Source: Azolla caroliniana
Lineage: Eukaryota; Plantae; Polypodiophyta
Length of the DNA: 64,000 nucleotides
Direction of reading: 5' to 3'
Assembly: GCA_043228905.1 (NCBI GenBank)
Contig: JBHGNT010000018.1
Span: forward strand, 16,058,001 to 16,122,000
Shown here: positions 24,700 to 39,109 of the stretch, piece after piece
Layout: each line of letters begins with the position of its first letter
How positions within the stretch are numbered: the stretch's first letter is position 1
The notes under the pieces: model-generated
The model's database searches: none
Seen by the model: only the letters and a program-made list of their open reading frames with translations
Told to the model about the DNA's origin: nothing
Position numbers and translations under genes: made by a program

Positions 24700-27600
24700 A
24701 GTGCCAACGACATTAGTAAGTGGTGGCCCATAACTCTTCTCAATATTGTCCATAAGTTGCTTGCAAAAACCGTGGCACGTCGCTTAGCACCACTTCTCCC
24801 TTAACTCATTCATCCGTCCTAGACAGGTTTCGTTAGAAATCGGAGCATCCTAGACAACCTTTTCTCGTTTAGGGAAGTAATAGCCCTTGCTAAGCGTACC
24901 AACAACAAGGTAGCTGTGGTGCTCCTAGATTTTGAGAAAGCATATGATAGGGTCTGCTGGAACTTTCTAGAAAGTGTGAAGGGGAAACTCGACTTTCAAG
25001 AGTCATGGAAACAGGCATTGTAGGACTTTATAGGAACGCCAGTAGTTGTGTTTCATTAGCAAGTGAAAGGGGCCCCTTCTTCCGACTATCGTGGTCTGTA
25101 TGACAAGGATGCCCACTGGCTCCATCCTTATTTATTTTATACGCCGAAGCACTCTCTAGTTTTCTCAACTCGCGACAACTAAATCTGCATGGTCTTCGTG
25201 TGCGGCATTCACACTTCGGATATAGAATTTGCAGATGACACCGCAGTTTAGTTACAAGGGGACTTGGAAAATCTACAAAAGCTAGAAAATGTGGTTTAGA
25301 CGTATTTTGCAAGCGATCCAATGCCATGATCAATTGGCACAAATCTTGTGCAATATGGCTTTCTCATGAAGCACATCCTGCGTGGCACCCCCATCCCGCT
25401 TTCAAGTGGATAAGGAGCAAGCACCAAATATTTGGGTTTCCAAATTGGGTTCAACATACCTCCGGAGACTATGATTGCACTAGTTATTCACTCCATTCGA
25501 CAAAAGTTGATACATTGGAGTTCGAAAAAACTCTCGTTAGTGGGGCGCATCATAGTGGCAAATCAGGTTACTCACAACAACGTGGTACAACCAATCATGT
25601 TGGACAAGCTCCAAGGAAAGTATACACCAAATTCAACTATTGGTACGCAACTACATTTGGTCTGGTAAGGAAAATCATGCAACTCGGGCCAAGGTGGCGT
25701 GGTCTATACTTGCATCACCTACTCTTATTGATCCTCTATCACAATCAAAAGCCCTACTCGCCATATTTGTGGTGCGAGGACTCCAACCAGGCTCAAGTGC
25801 GATCAACCTAACTCTGAACCTACTTGGCTTAGTCGACGTATCCTATGGAACCCATGTATCAAAGATGAATCTAATCAACTAATTGGATCAAGTAAGGGGT
25901 TGTCATGGGGATACATTATGGAAGGTCTAGGAAAAAGTATAGAATGTTGTAGACGGTTTATGTCATTGCCAATACAAGGCCAAGCCAACATACTCCATGG
26001 AATCAGGGGCAGATGGGCTATAAGATCTGAAATCATTAACGCTCTATTGCTTAGGGAAGCTGCTAATCAAAGGACGACAATAGAGAAATGGATAGGCCAC
26101 GAGGAGGGCTCTTTAATCCCAAGAGGTAGGGAAACACCAGACAATATCGCAAGCTCTGAATTGCAAGACAATGAGACACCAACACAAAATAAGGCAATTC
26201 GAGTACTAGCGTATACTGGGCATAAATGGATTGTAGATCCTGATCCTATCAAAGTATAGTAACCATTCGGTTAAGTGCGCACTTTGAACGCAAGGAAGAA
26301 GTGCGCACTTAATTGAGCCGCACACTTAGGGCTTTTTTACTCGAGTCTTTTTTTCCCCAATTATTTTTTCTTCTCATGCAAAACTTGTTTCGTAAAAACC
26401 ATTCTTCTGTTTTTTCTTCTACAACAGAACTTTAACTCATAGGAAGCTAAACAAATTTTTAATTAGTTTGTCAAACTTGATCATTCTCACCTATTGTGGT
26501 AATCTATTTGTTGTTCTATTCTCCAATAAAACTTGAGCATTTCGTATGTTGAAGATTGTTCTAATTTGTTTATAGAAATTTTTAGCTAATGGAAGTGATT
26601 TTCACAGTTTCAACCCTAGGAAAACCTTTTCTTTAATGTGAAATTGCAAGTTTTTTCTCTTATGGATGCTGAGTAATTGGAACTATCATCTTGAAAGCAA
26701 CTATTTTTGACTCTACAATCCAGTTTATGGAGCTTTATAGCCACAAATATATTATGAAATTTGTGTTTTCTTGCATGGATTAGAACTCTGCATAAAGTAA
26801 GAAGAAGATGAACTGGAAAGGAGAGGGAGCAAGGAGAAGGAATTACAAGAAAGAAATAAAAGAAGGAAGTAGAAGATGATGAAGAGGGAAAGGGGAAGTA
26901 GAAGGAATAATAAGAATTAAGAACTCATTAGAAGAAGGGAAGGAGTATTAGTACCAACAAACATCATGAAAAGGAAATACATATTGTAAAAGAAGAAGAA
27001 TCAAGGAGATGCAATGGAACAAGAAGAACAAAACAAATTAGGATCCATAAGAATCGAGAAAAATTAGTGGTAGAGGACAAAATAAGGAAAAGAAGGAAGA
27101 AGAATAAGAAGCATAAGAAGCATAAGAAGAATAAGAAGAAGCATCAATAACAGGAAGCAATAGAAAGAGTAATGGGATAAGGAAGCAGTGGGAAGGAGGG
27201 AACGAAGAGGAATAAATGATATCACTCAATGTGAAATTAGCTAATTAGCATACATATCACTCAATGTCAAATTGGCTAATTAGCATACATATCACTCAAT
27301 GTGCAATAAATCTGATTTTTGTATGATTTTATTGTTTTCTTAATGTTTGGAACATAGTTTAAATTTGGTTAGATGTAATTTCATCATGAAACAATGTAAT
27401 TTTTTTGATCGAGATTTTGACCTTTATAAAATGCGCACTTAATAGAATGGCACACTTAAGTGGGCACACACTTAACCGAATGGTTACTGTACGACCAGAT
27501 TGGTACATATGTACTCACGAAAACACATGGCTACGTAAGGTTAGTTGGGACGCTTTGCAATGGACATGGCATGATCCTTACGCGAGGCAAGGACACAAAC

Positions 27601-28450
27601 CCATCCCTTTCTTTCAATTCACAACTAGATTGGGTCGCCATATTCTAGTTGCTCAAACCGCCCAAGAGCCGGTTGCTGCAAAGGTCTGGTACACATATCA
27701 TGTTCCTCACACAATTACCACCAAGTTTTGGAAACAACAAAATGCACAGTGAATCACCACTTTCCAATGGCTATTAATACATAGGTCACTACCGGTTGGT
27801 GCATGACAACGTGGGAACCTTAGCTCTTCTAATTGTGTAGCGTGCCCAAATGCAATAGAATCAATACAACACGCTTTGTGGGGTTGCCTAGAGTCCCATC
27901 AAATATGGCAAGGGGTTGGCCGCTTATTGCAATAATGCCAGGTGCAAGACTTAATCAAGTCGGGAAATATATGTTGGCTATTATGACAGACCCTAATTAA
28001 CAGATACGAGCATTAGGAGGAGGGGATGACTTTGGTGATAAAAACACAATAGGTTTTTTTCTCCACCATCGACAATGTCCACGCAACTCCTATCAATGCC
28101 AAATCTCAAGTTGTGTTGGAATTGGTCAGCCCAATAACTCTTTGGACTCTATGGAAACAACGGTGTAGTCAGGTCTTCTCCAACCAAACCACGCAACCAA
28201 TAGTGTTAATGCAAGAGATATGGAGTGAAGTTGTAGCCACTCTAAAAAGCCAATATGATGGCCTCAAGGGCGACTCCGATGGAGTTGAAAGACAACAACT
28301 AGCCTTCATCCAACAATGGTCGACCTCCCCTTTATTGAGTCAGTGCGCATCCACATAAGATGGACCTATCGCGTCCCTACAGGGATTTGTATACATTAAT
28401 CTCATATGTAAAATTTTATAACTAATGGAAGGAGTTTATATGATTAAAAA
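24700..28450 (+). mobile_element. 5'-truncated, degenerate L1-type LINE ORF2 (RT and C-terminal region)
   Basis: WPITLLNIVHKLLAK, TGFVRNRSILDN, LLDFEKAYDRV, QGCPLAP, FADDT and KLSLVGRIIVANQV. Homologous to the LINE at 32672-38366. Confidence 0.85.
26257..27489. mobile_element. Non-autonomous Tc1/mariner-pogo-like TIR element inserted in the LINE
   Basis: TIR (C/T)AGTAACCATTCGGTTAAGTG...CACTTAACCGAATGGTTACTG with a TA TSD. Excision restores the LINE frame DPDPIKV|RPDW. Confidence 0.88.
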
Positions 28451-31400
28451 TGTAGACATTTAACCTTGAGAGAGGCAGTTCCATACCTTGGTAAATTTTA
28501 ATATCGAATAGAAAACTAAATTGGCATCGTTCCTCTACTCAAGTACAAAGCCAAGCTCATAGAAGATCAAAATAGTAAAACTTGACAACCAACTTAAGTT
28601 CTCCAATTTAGCTTTAGCTTTTTACATTTTCTTTGGTATACAGTATACCACTTCAAAATTTCTCACTAATGTTAGGGATAGTGTTTTGTACTATTAGTGG
28701 TCTCTTGGGTCATGTTGGCCTATGTGGACATTAATACATCATCCTGTCTAGGCCATGGCCAACAATTGCATACGTTTCTCTTAAATGTGATTTCTAAACC
28801 CTTGCATTCCTTGTGCATCTTAGAATCACATCTTTCTATATATTCATTATTTAGATTCTAGGAAAGAAGTTTCTAAAATGTCAAACTTCTGAGTACTTGA
28901 ACAACCTGTTGTGCACATACTGATATGAGCTATCACCAATCTTTTGACCATAGGCTATTAAAAGGTACGGTTGTATAACAATAATCTAGTGAAATTATGA
29001 CAACCATCCAAAATATTCTAAATTGATATATTCTTCTTCTATTTAAGGTATGTTGAGACAATATAAGTCATTTCTCTCTTTTTAGATTGATCTAGATTGA
29101 CAATATGTGGAAAACAAATTCAAACGTGGTAAAAGATGGAGTGTCATAACAAAATGTGATACCTTGTTCATTTTAAATGATGTATTGTTGATGAATCTCC
29201 TTAATTGTGGCGACTATCCAACTCATATGGAGAGAATGTGAGTTAAATCATATGGAAACAAGAAGTAGGATAAACGGATGAATTTTAAAATGTATCATCA
29301 AGATTTGTTTAGCTATTAGGAGAAGATAGTTTGTAGTTACAATGTATATATGATAATTCGTGAAGCCTCCACATCTTTTATTAGCCATGATACATTGGCA
29401 TTGCTAAAAAAATTCGCTGAGAAATCTATTGATGTATCATGAAGCAAGTTAAGTGATGAGACGAGTTCTTTTAACATTTAATAAGAGCATTTATGGTTGT
29501 AAATTGACTAGGTGAAACTTCAAAAGAAAATACTTTTAGACATTCTCAAACTATTTTCATAATAGCGGACTTAGGGATGGTAAACCACATACTCAACCCA
29601 TTAAAGAATCACATCTCTCAATAAAGTGTAAAAGAGGTATTTTCAAGAACTCAACCTTTAGTCTCTTCTCCATAACTTATGTTCTCAAATGCACACTAAG
29701 CCCTCTTTCTTGCTTCCAAATGGTGAGTAGCACATTTATTCCGTCTATGAGTGCAAAGGGGAAAAAACAAATAGAGAGAGAAGAAGAAAAGAGTATACAA
29801 ATTTCTAAACCAATTCCGACCTATGAGACCAATAAAGCATACATTTTACAGCTTGTTTGTTGGTTTCACAAATGAAAATTAACCAATACCTAAATAAAAA
29901 GAGAGAAAGCAAGATTGGTCATGGTTCTTGATCACAAAATCACATTATATGCACCATTATTATGGACCATGGTATTATGCTTGAAAAGTCTCAACATAAA
30001 CCTCCAATACACCCCCATCAATGGCTCTTTTGTGTTTGTGGATTGGTTGTCGCACAGTGCACTCATCTCTCAAATGGCCTTAAGAATCTCTTAAACTTAA
30101 GTTCTTTAGAGCTTTTAATTTAATCCCATTCCGTGAGCTCATTTCTCTCTCATGTATTCGTTTTTTACTTTGTGGGGCATGTGCTGAATGGTTCTAATGT
30201 GTACTAGTGGGTGTAGGGATGCCCCATCTTGCTTTTGAAGCTAAATGAGAAGAGCTCCAACGCCTTTCAGTCCTTAAATTGTATGGCATTGTGTAACAGT
30301 GTACCAGTTGAGCACTTCTCGAAATAGAGAATGGTATTTTCCTATGGTATCATAGTATAGAGTATGTATGTCTACATATGTAACACTCTTTTTACTTACC
30401 CAATAGTTGCCATTACCTACTCTCAATAGTCACATTTCTTGTGCTATTAGTTTCTGTTTTGAGATGATATGAAGACATGCATATTTCTCCAATGGTTGCT
30501 CATTGTCCATGCATGTTATTTGTGTCTGATTATGTGCGATCCTCATCCACGTGATTCATAAATGGGGCAAGGGAAAGGTGGATACATATATTATCAACAT
30601 CCACGGTAGACCACACTTTTACTTCTCATTTTTCTCCAAACTACATATTACTTTCTATAATTAAATGATATGAAGAGATGCATTTTGTCCACACTAAGAT
30701 GAGCGCCCATGTATTTCGAGTAGATGATGAAATCCTCATGATAGAGCTTGAAAATGTGGGCCCATATATGTGTGTCATTCTCATCAACGTGATGTATTTC
30801 CCAAAAGTTAAGCCGCAAAAAAGATACATACATATATCCGTGATGTGGAGCAAATTGATAGCCACAAGTACATACATTATTAACATCCGCAAGAGACCAA
30901 ATGTGGATCAAGCTCGAACCCACAAAGAGAGAGATTGTTATTGTCCATAGGAGACCGAATATTATCTATATCATAGAAGGTAATATTCGCATTCTTCTGC
31001 TCAAACATTCATTTTCATACATTTACAAACAAATGCATATATTATGAAAACATACTTCTGTTTTTCCTTTTGATGTTTTTAATATTTTTCTCGAATTTTT
31101 ACCTTATAGTAAATAATGAATACAAAAGTATGGTATTTACCATACTCGAATGAAAATGCACGTATGGTACATATGGTTCATACATACTATGCTCTGCATC
31201 ATATAGAATCGAGACATGTGAAGGATCAAATTGTGGTTCTCTAAACTTTGTACTTGATGCGTCATGCTAGTGCGTAATCCACAAAGGTTTAATATATAAT
31301 GGAAGTAACATTGTAGAAAGTTAAGGGAATTTAATTGAATTTATTAATTTTACAAGAAAGGTCATTACTTCTATTTTTTTAAAGTAGGTTTTGGATCAAA

Positions 31401-32671
31401 TCTCAATACTCAAGGCCCTTTTAAAATTTAATCACTTCTCGATATTCCTAGAACGAATTGATGACTGTTTTTTGGTATTTCCCAAAGGAGATCATATTCA
31501 AGGTTTTCCCCATGTTTTTAATCATGCATAAAATTTAAAGGAATATATCATCAAAAGGGCGACTTAATTTTGAAATAGCAAAACTTTTTATTTTTCTACA
31601 TCGCTTGGTTTTGAACATATGAACACATGGAACCTACGAAGCATGTACCAATCAATAAAGACAAACAAAAACATATAATATTGTGAATCGGTGATGATTA
31701 ACTTTTAGAAACCAAACTAATGCATTGATTAATAGATATATGGGGATGACGCCAATCCCATGATGAGCATTGAGGATCAAACTTTGGCTTTCCCAAATTT
31801 ATGACTTTGATACAACAATGTAAACTATCAATTTAGAGAATGTAAACTATCAATTTAGAGAGAGATTGATTTTTTTGATTGTCCATGAGAAGACCAATTT
31901 TGACCTATGGAACCAAAGAAATATATCATATTAATTATTGTATGAACTCTTGCTTAAGAAGGGAGTTTACTACTTTGTAGTAAAAACTCTTTATGTAGAA
32001 CTAATGTATCAACATATGTGGTCATCCTTCTTGGTGGAGATTTGAGTATGACACTAAAATCATCATGCTCGTCTAACAAGGCTTCATACTTCTCCCAAAT
32101 TACCTTGTATATTAAGGATGTAAGAAGTAAGTTCATCCTCCACTAGGCTTTCATTTGCATATATTCATACTTCAGTGATGATGACATGATATTACATCAA
32201 TACCTAACTTGTATGAGTGAGTTGAAAGAAATGTTAGGGTTCTCTAAGGGTCAAGGCTCATGGGGTAGTAGTTGGTAGTGTCATATTCCAAATTTGACAT
32301 TTTAACATTTTGTCACGACATCCTTTTATTAATCTATCCTCAATGAACATATACTTCATGGTATCACTTGAGAGCTCCGATAGATCTTTTACTTTCCATC
32401 TTTTAAACCATTTCATAATGTCAAAGCACCAAACCTTCTGAGAGAATTTTGCTCTTATTGGTCTCCCTTACCTTGTATATTACGTTACAAGCACGTTCTT
32501 TTGCATGTCTAACACTTCCATGGGCCCAACACTTCTTTCTTCTTCTTTTTCCAAAAAAAAGTTGCTTTCCCATTAGTTAGGAGAGATTTTTATAAAAAGA
32601 TTATACTAGGCCCAACACTTGTTTCTAATAGCATAACAATATAGGATGTTAGGATTTAACTCCCAATTGTC

Positions 32672-35600
32672 AACACATGAAGAACTTTGCTCGATTTTGA
32701 CGTAATATACTCGAATGCAGTGAATCAGAGGAGCGGGCAACGGAGGCCGGCATCAGAGCAGCAGCGTCGGAGCAGGTAGCGAGCTGGCATCGGAGCAGTG
32801 GAGGCAGCGGCCGTTGGGGAAGAGTGCAGCAGGCATCGGAGCAGCGGAGGCAGCGGCCTCCGAGGAAGAGTGCAACAGCAAGATGACCTCTCCTCTCATT
32901 TAGAGTTAGCGGCCATTGTAGTAGCATGAGTTGGCTGAGTCGCGCAGAGTGCAGGAGCTGGAGTCGATTCGCATAGTGCTCTCCGAAGGGTGGGCGTCGC
33001 CATAGCCCCTGCCCCCCTCGCCGCCGTCTCTTAGCAGAGGCGCTTTAGGGTTAGGTTCGCGGGTTTGAGGAGTGTTTCATCTGCAAACAAAAAGGGCACC
33101 TAGCTAAGGAATGTCCTCGTAAGATTGGAAAGGGAAGCTCGGGCCCTCGAACCTTAGGGAAGGTCGAGCCACCCAAGGACAGTGAGGCTCCTCAGCACCA
33201 AGTTAAGAAGCATGGAAAACTTCGAAGCCTAGGTGCAGCCTCTCCCCCCCTCTTTCAAGATTGTCCCGTAGAAAGAAGTTCTCCTACCTTGTCACCAGCA
33301 AGTGTGGATGAACAACCCTTGAAACAGGTGAAGGTCTTCTCGGGGAGTGCGGAGGCGCACAACCTACAGGTGGGAATGTCCAGCGGATTCACATTGCTCC
33401 TAGGGCTAGGGGATGGCGACCCAGAAGCGTTGGCAACAACGATGTCCCCCTGCGAATCCTTGTCCCCCAAACTTGTGTTCTCCACCCCGATGGAGATGCA
33501 ACCACATCAGGTACCGTCCACCCCGGAGGAGATGTTGTCAAAAGCCCCCCTCAAGATGGAACGTGAATGTGGTGGTGACCTCAGATTAGTGAAGTCGTGG
33601 ATACGGACGGGCACAATCAAGAGTAAAATAGGCAGCCCATCACTTGGTTTGGCAATGTCTCTCTAGGCTAGAGGGGCGCAGGATATGCAACCGCTTAGGA
33701 GCCAAACTGTATCGCGGGACCTATTTGAAGCGGGCCGCAAACGACAGGTTGGGAATCCCTTAGAGGCCCTCCAATTTACTGTGGAGTCCCTACCCCCAGA
33801 AGTAGATGATAGGTTGACCCCTGACATGGGGGTCGGCCCCAACATGGGCGTCAACCTCACTGCCTCTTGATGAGGATCCTAACGTGGAATGTGCAGAGCC
33901 TTGGTGGAGGCCGACAACAACATGAGTGCAAAAGACTTCGGGAGGAGTTGAATCCCCTTAATATAGGGGGCAACATTGACATATTGCTTTTGCAGGAACA
34001 CCACCTCTCTCAAGAGAGAACTTAGAGCCTAGTAAACCCCTTGTCAGGTGGATGGACCACGTGGTGGTCGGTTGCACAGGGTGATCTCCAACGAAGAGGA
34101 GGGGTCTGCATCACAATTAGCGATCAGGCCCGTTACGAAGTAACATCACATGGCACGTTGGTAGCGGGTAGAGCCTTATATGTGCTGTTGAAGTGGAATC
34201 GCCTTCAGATTGGGGTGCTAAATGTTTATGCCCCTAACTCTTCCCATGAGAGAGAAATCTTTTGGAGGATGTTAGCGACAACATTGCCTGATGTAGAGGC
34301 GTGGGTAATGGCCGGAGATTTTCAACATGACTAAGCATCTGGGAGATAGGAAAGGGGGGACCCAAAGATCGCTTCATGGTGCGGAGTTGGACTCATGGGC
34401 TTTCCTAATTGGGAAAATTGGGGTGAAGGATACATGGGGCTCTTCCCTTAGGAGATGCTCACATTCGCTACACTTCTCTCGTGCTGCAGTGAATGCTAGG
34501 GGTGGTAGTCTTGTGTGGCTAGACCGCATATACATCAGGTCGTCCCTTGAAGAGCTTGGGGGGTCCTTCGCTATCTTGGCAGGTCTTACCTTCTCGGATC
34601 ACCAGCCGATGAGACTAGACCTTAACCCACCCCGCGGTAGCAAGGGGAGTCTCACTATGAAAATCCCCACAAAGATCATGAAGAGTGCAAAGGTGAAAGC
34701 AGGGTTGCAGAGCATATGGTGGGAGACCAGTGTAAGTGAATCGGCCAGTGAGGATTTGCAGAAGAAACTAGCCCTCTCCTCCTCCTTTTTACAACATGAA
34801 ACCAAGGTGGCCCTCTAGCAAGCTAGAGCCATTGAAACAAAATTACGGAAGCCCGTTGCGGCCGCACAACGTTTGCTACAAGCAGACCCTAGCTGCAATT
34901 GGTCGAGAGCTAAGCAAGAGGAAGCAAAGTTGAAACTGCAGGAAAGGACGTTGGAGAAGAACCGCATGCTATTTCGCAGGGCCACAATATGGTGGGCTAG
35001 AACAGACGACAAGGTCAACCATCATTTCTTTCACTCCAGGGCACCCAAGGGTGGTGGTGGACATATTCAAGGGCTGCGCAAACCAGACGGCTCAATAACG
35101 GAGGACAAGGATGAGATTCTGCATATGGAAACCCAATACTATCGCGACCTGCTCGCACCTATGCATATGCAGCAAAACACGGAGCTGGCTGAGAGAGTGA
35201 TGGCCTGCATTCACCCCAAGGTCACCCATGAGATGGAAGTTGTGCTCGATAGCCCCATTTCTCGATTAGAAATCTCGAAGGCACTTCGGGATTTGCGGAG
35301 AGGAGCATGCCCCGGCCCTAATGGTCTCTCACGAGATTTTTTTGAGATTCATTGGGAAATCGTTATCCCGACAGTGGAAGTCAGGATTCAAGAGATTTGG
35401 TCCTTAGGAGCGATGCCAACTGGACTGGCGGAGGGGATGATCTATCTCATCCCTAAAGCGGTAAGGCGAAGCCTCAAGCTGCGCCAATGGCGCCCAATCA
35501 CGATATACAAGATACTCGTAAAGTCCTAGCTAGGCGAATAACAAGCTTCCTACCGGACATCATACATGAGAATCAAACAGGGTTTATCAGAGGTAGGTGT

Positions 35601-38366
35601 ATCTTTGATAATGTGTTGCTTCTCTAGGAAGTTATGGCATTGGCAAATCGCACCGCATCGAGCTTGGCTATTCTGATGTTAGACTTTGAGAAGGCCTACG
35701 ACAGGGTGTTATGGCCCTTTCTGGAAAGAGTGATGAGAGCTATGGGCCTTCCCCCACAATGGAGGAATTGCACTTCTGCAGTCTATCGGACTGCTACCAG
35801 TAGCGTGTTGGTATCTGGTGGAAGGGGCCCCGCCCCGCCTTCCAACTACATCACTCAGTGAGGCAAGGTTGTCCCCTAGCCCCATATCTCTATCTCTTTG
35901 TAACCGAGGCTTTCTCAGCCTTCTTACAAGCACCAAGCAGCGGACTAAGGGGATTGCCCATCCCCAATGTGACTGAGGATCTTCTGTTATCTGAATATGT
36001 CGACGATACGGTCCTTTTTTTGCAGGGCAATGATGCAAATCTGCATCGAGCTAAACATCTTGTTGAAGACTTTTGTCAGGCTGCCGGTGCCAAGATCAAT
36101 TGGGATAAAACCCAAGGCCTCTGGTTCAACAAACGAGAGAAGCCAAGGTGGCATCCCCATGCTGATTTTGCATGGGTCCCTGGCGGGACGACATTCAAGT
36201 ACCTCGGATTTACGATGGGGAGGGCAATCCCCAAGGGAGCGCAACTGTCACATGTGCAAGCCAAACTAAGCAAGAAGTTGAACCAATGGAGCATGTCTAA
36301 ACTATCCTTTGTTGGTAGGGTTCTTCTTGTGAACCAAGTGATGCTCACCACCATGTGGCACTCAGTCTCGTGTTGGATTATGGACCCTTCAGGCTTGCGC
36401 GCGGTTAAGGTTGCCATCAGGGGGTTTATATGGTCAAGTAAGGACAACCCGATGGTTGCCGCCAGAGTGTCATGGCATTGGTTAACACAACCGCGGGCCA
36501 AAGGGAGGCTTGGCCTCATAGACCCCTTAATGCAGAGTCGAGCATTGCTAGCCAAAATGTTGGTTCGTTGCCTCCTGCCAGGTAAGGGGTGTTGGAAAGT
36601 TCTACTTCACAATAGGTTGCAGGCAGGGACTCCCAAGTATGGTAGGCCTTGGCCCGACTCCTTGAATTGGTATTGCACGAGCGGCGTCCCACCCAAGATG
36701 GCTCGTCTTCCGGAGGAGAGGGTCACGAAATCCATCTTGCGGGCATGGTGTCACGCACGACATCATTTGGTCAAGCACACGCCGGAGACACTAACCGAGT
36801 GGTCTAGACAACCATATTTTGGAACCCTCAGGTGCGAACACGTGACGACATGATGTTAGGCCAGGTTAAGGGCCTAGCGTGGGGAAAGCTGGCGCAAACA
36901 GGGCTTCACTCTTTAGATGATTGGAGACACATGGTGGCTTTAGGAGGAGCCCAGGAGGTCCCATTCTCTCCCCTCAAGGGAGCCATGAAAATGCGGAGAT
37001 TGCTAGCTGAGGCAGTTGATAGGGTTCTGATGGGGGAGGTGAGAGAAGATGCTTGGTTCAGTCTCTTTGATGAGGCTGGAAGGGTTAAGGCGCTGAAGGG
37101 CGTGAGCAGATCGGGAAGAGATAGGATTTTTGGGGAGAGTCAGAGTAGGGGCTCTTGGCACCCTATCCGCGTGGTGGCGCAGGTTGGTAACATCTGGAAG
37201 ACAGACCCGGATGTTGCTAAGATGGAACCCCATTGGAAGTTATGGGTATATGGTTGTCGTCCCCTCGTCGAACTAGAATGGGACCCAGGGGATTTCAGGT
37301 GGAAACATGATGGCAGATTTCACCATTTCTTCGAGTACAACACTAAATTGGGTCGGGCTTTTCAACTGCAGCTAGACGGCCCCTTACGCAATGGCTGGCG
37401 TACATTGGGCATCCCTGATGAGGTGCTCATTACCTTTTGGAAGGGTCTCTGGTGTCTCCACTTGCTGGAAAAGATAAAAATTTTTGGGTGGCAAATCAGG
37501 CATAATGTGGTTCCCGTTGGCAAATGGCTAGGTAAACGTGGCGGCCCGTTAGGCTACCCACTTTTCCATTCACCTATTGAGACTCTAAGGCATTGTCTGT
37601 GGGATTGCCCTCACGCTCAAAAGGTATGGGATAGAATGACTCGCCTCCTTGCGGCATGTGAAGTGGAAGGAACAATATCGTGGAGTGTTGTGGCATGGCT
37701 TGATCATTCTGGTGATAGGTGGACGGACGCCTTCAATGCAGATAGTTGGTGCTATGTATGCATGCGAGGAAAAATCTCCAAGATTCGATTTGAGAGAGGC
37801 TTGCAGTCTGCATCCCCTAGGTTCCCGGACATTTGGATGCTGATCGCAGGCTTCACCCTGTGGTACTTATGGAAAGCGCGTTGCCTAAAGGTCTACCAGG
37901 ATTTGGTGCGACCCCCGGAGGAAGTGATCATGGACATATGTTTTGCGCTTATTAGCTGCCTACGAGGGCAATTGGACGAGGTTTGCAGCCATTCCTCTGA
38001 CGTGGATACTGCCCGTTTGCGCTTTTGACAAAAATGGTGGAACATGCCTATGGTGACACAAGGAGGAAGTGGCCCGAGGTGGAACTACCAGCCCCCACGC
38101 TGGTTGTTTCCGGCTCACTTACCACCCTCCCTCTGTTGTTGACCCCAAGAGTTGTCTCGTACTAGCAATCACTACAAGGCACTGTTTTAGGTGTAGGTAC
38201 TTACACTAAGTAGTCCATCTGAAAGGCGATGTAACTAGTCTCAATTTCTAGAACTCGATCAGAGGGGGATTCCCCGATCTATGCTTAAGCCTCCTTGTAC
38301 AGTCTCTTTGTAATAATCTTACCTAACTAATGGGAAAGTAGCTTCATTTTGGAAAAATAAAATAAA
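32672..38366 (+). mobile_element. L1-type LINE with 14-bp TSD and A-rich tail
   Basis: TSD AACTCCCAATTGTC at 32658-32671 and 38367-38380. A-rich tail at 38353-38366. Confidence 0.92.
33870..38142 (+). pseudogene. LINE ORF2 (APE endonuclease, RT, zf-RVT), disrupted
   Basis: MRILTWNVQSL..LLQEHH, NVYAPN, GDF, SDHQP, LDFEKAYDRV, RQGCPLAPYL, YVDDT, FKYLG and ETLRHCLWDC. The ATG overlaps the upstream stop (TGATG). Confidence 0.9.
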
Positions 38367-39071
38367 AACTCCCAATTGTCTACATAAATTTTTTTTTAAA
38401 TAAATTTCTCTATTTAATTCCATGCACTAAGTGAGATAGTGCCACCCAACACATCCACTCCATAAAAGCAACAATTGAACCACCGTAGCATTGAAGAACA
38501 TCAATCTCACTTCTCGTCCTCAAGTATAGCTTTGATTGCATTGATTCTCAAACATATAATAACTATTCCAAATTATTTGAAGTTGATGCATACCATATAT
38601 TCCTATTTGTCGATGGCACATTAACACCAAGATATTTGAAGCTTTGTATAACTCCTCTTGGTTCTCCCTTCTATGTAAAAGTGGCGTAGTGTCTTCGTTG
38701 TATTGCCTTTATTTCCATCATTTTTAGTATGTTCACATAAACAATTAGCCCATAGATCGAGTACTTCTACTTTTGCAACCTTATTTACTATTTCTTCTAG
38801 TTTATTGATGCATAAACCAAAGAGTGTGGGAGAGAGTGGACACCCTTGGTTTGACCCCCATGTTGCTCAAGAAGTAGTTCGAGAAACAAATATGCATTTT
38901 CAATTTGGCATCTTTCTTGGCCCTACAATCATATATATTAACATTGGCACACTAGTGTTACTTGTGAGACTACAAATTAGCATTTTATACTGAGGACAAT
39001 ATGACCAAACATCGAGCTTGGTTTCTCCCCTCAAATTTATGACTTTGATGCTACAATGTAAATCATCAAGC

Positions 39072-39109
<38 letters not shown>

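Larger units (their letters stand above)
31950..38870 (-). pseudogene. Old RTE-like LINE RT remnant split by the younger LINE (pieces ~31950-32657 and 38381-38870)
   Basis: Minus strand GVK-GCPLSPTLFGLCINKLEE (~38790-38860) and QSFKYLGV (~38620-38645). Decayed coding sequence appears to continue on the other side of the insertion. Confidence 0.6.

Noticed and set aside
28450-30350. Possible decayed coding or TE sequence
   Set aside because: No motif I could recognise with confidence.
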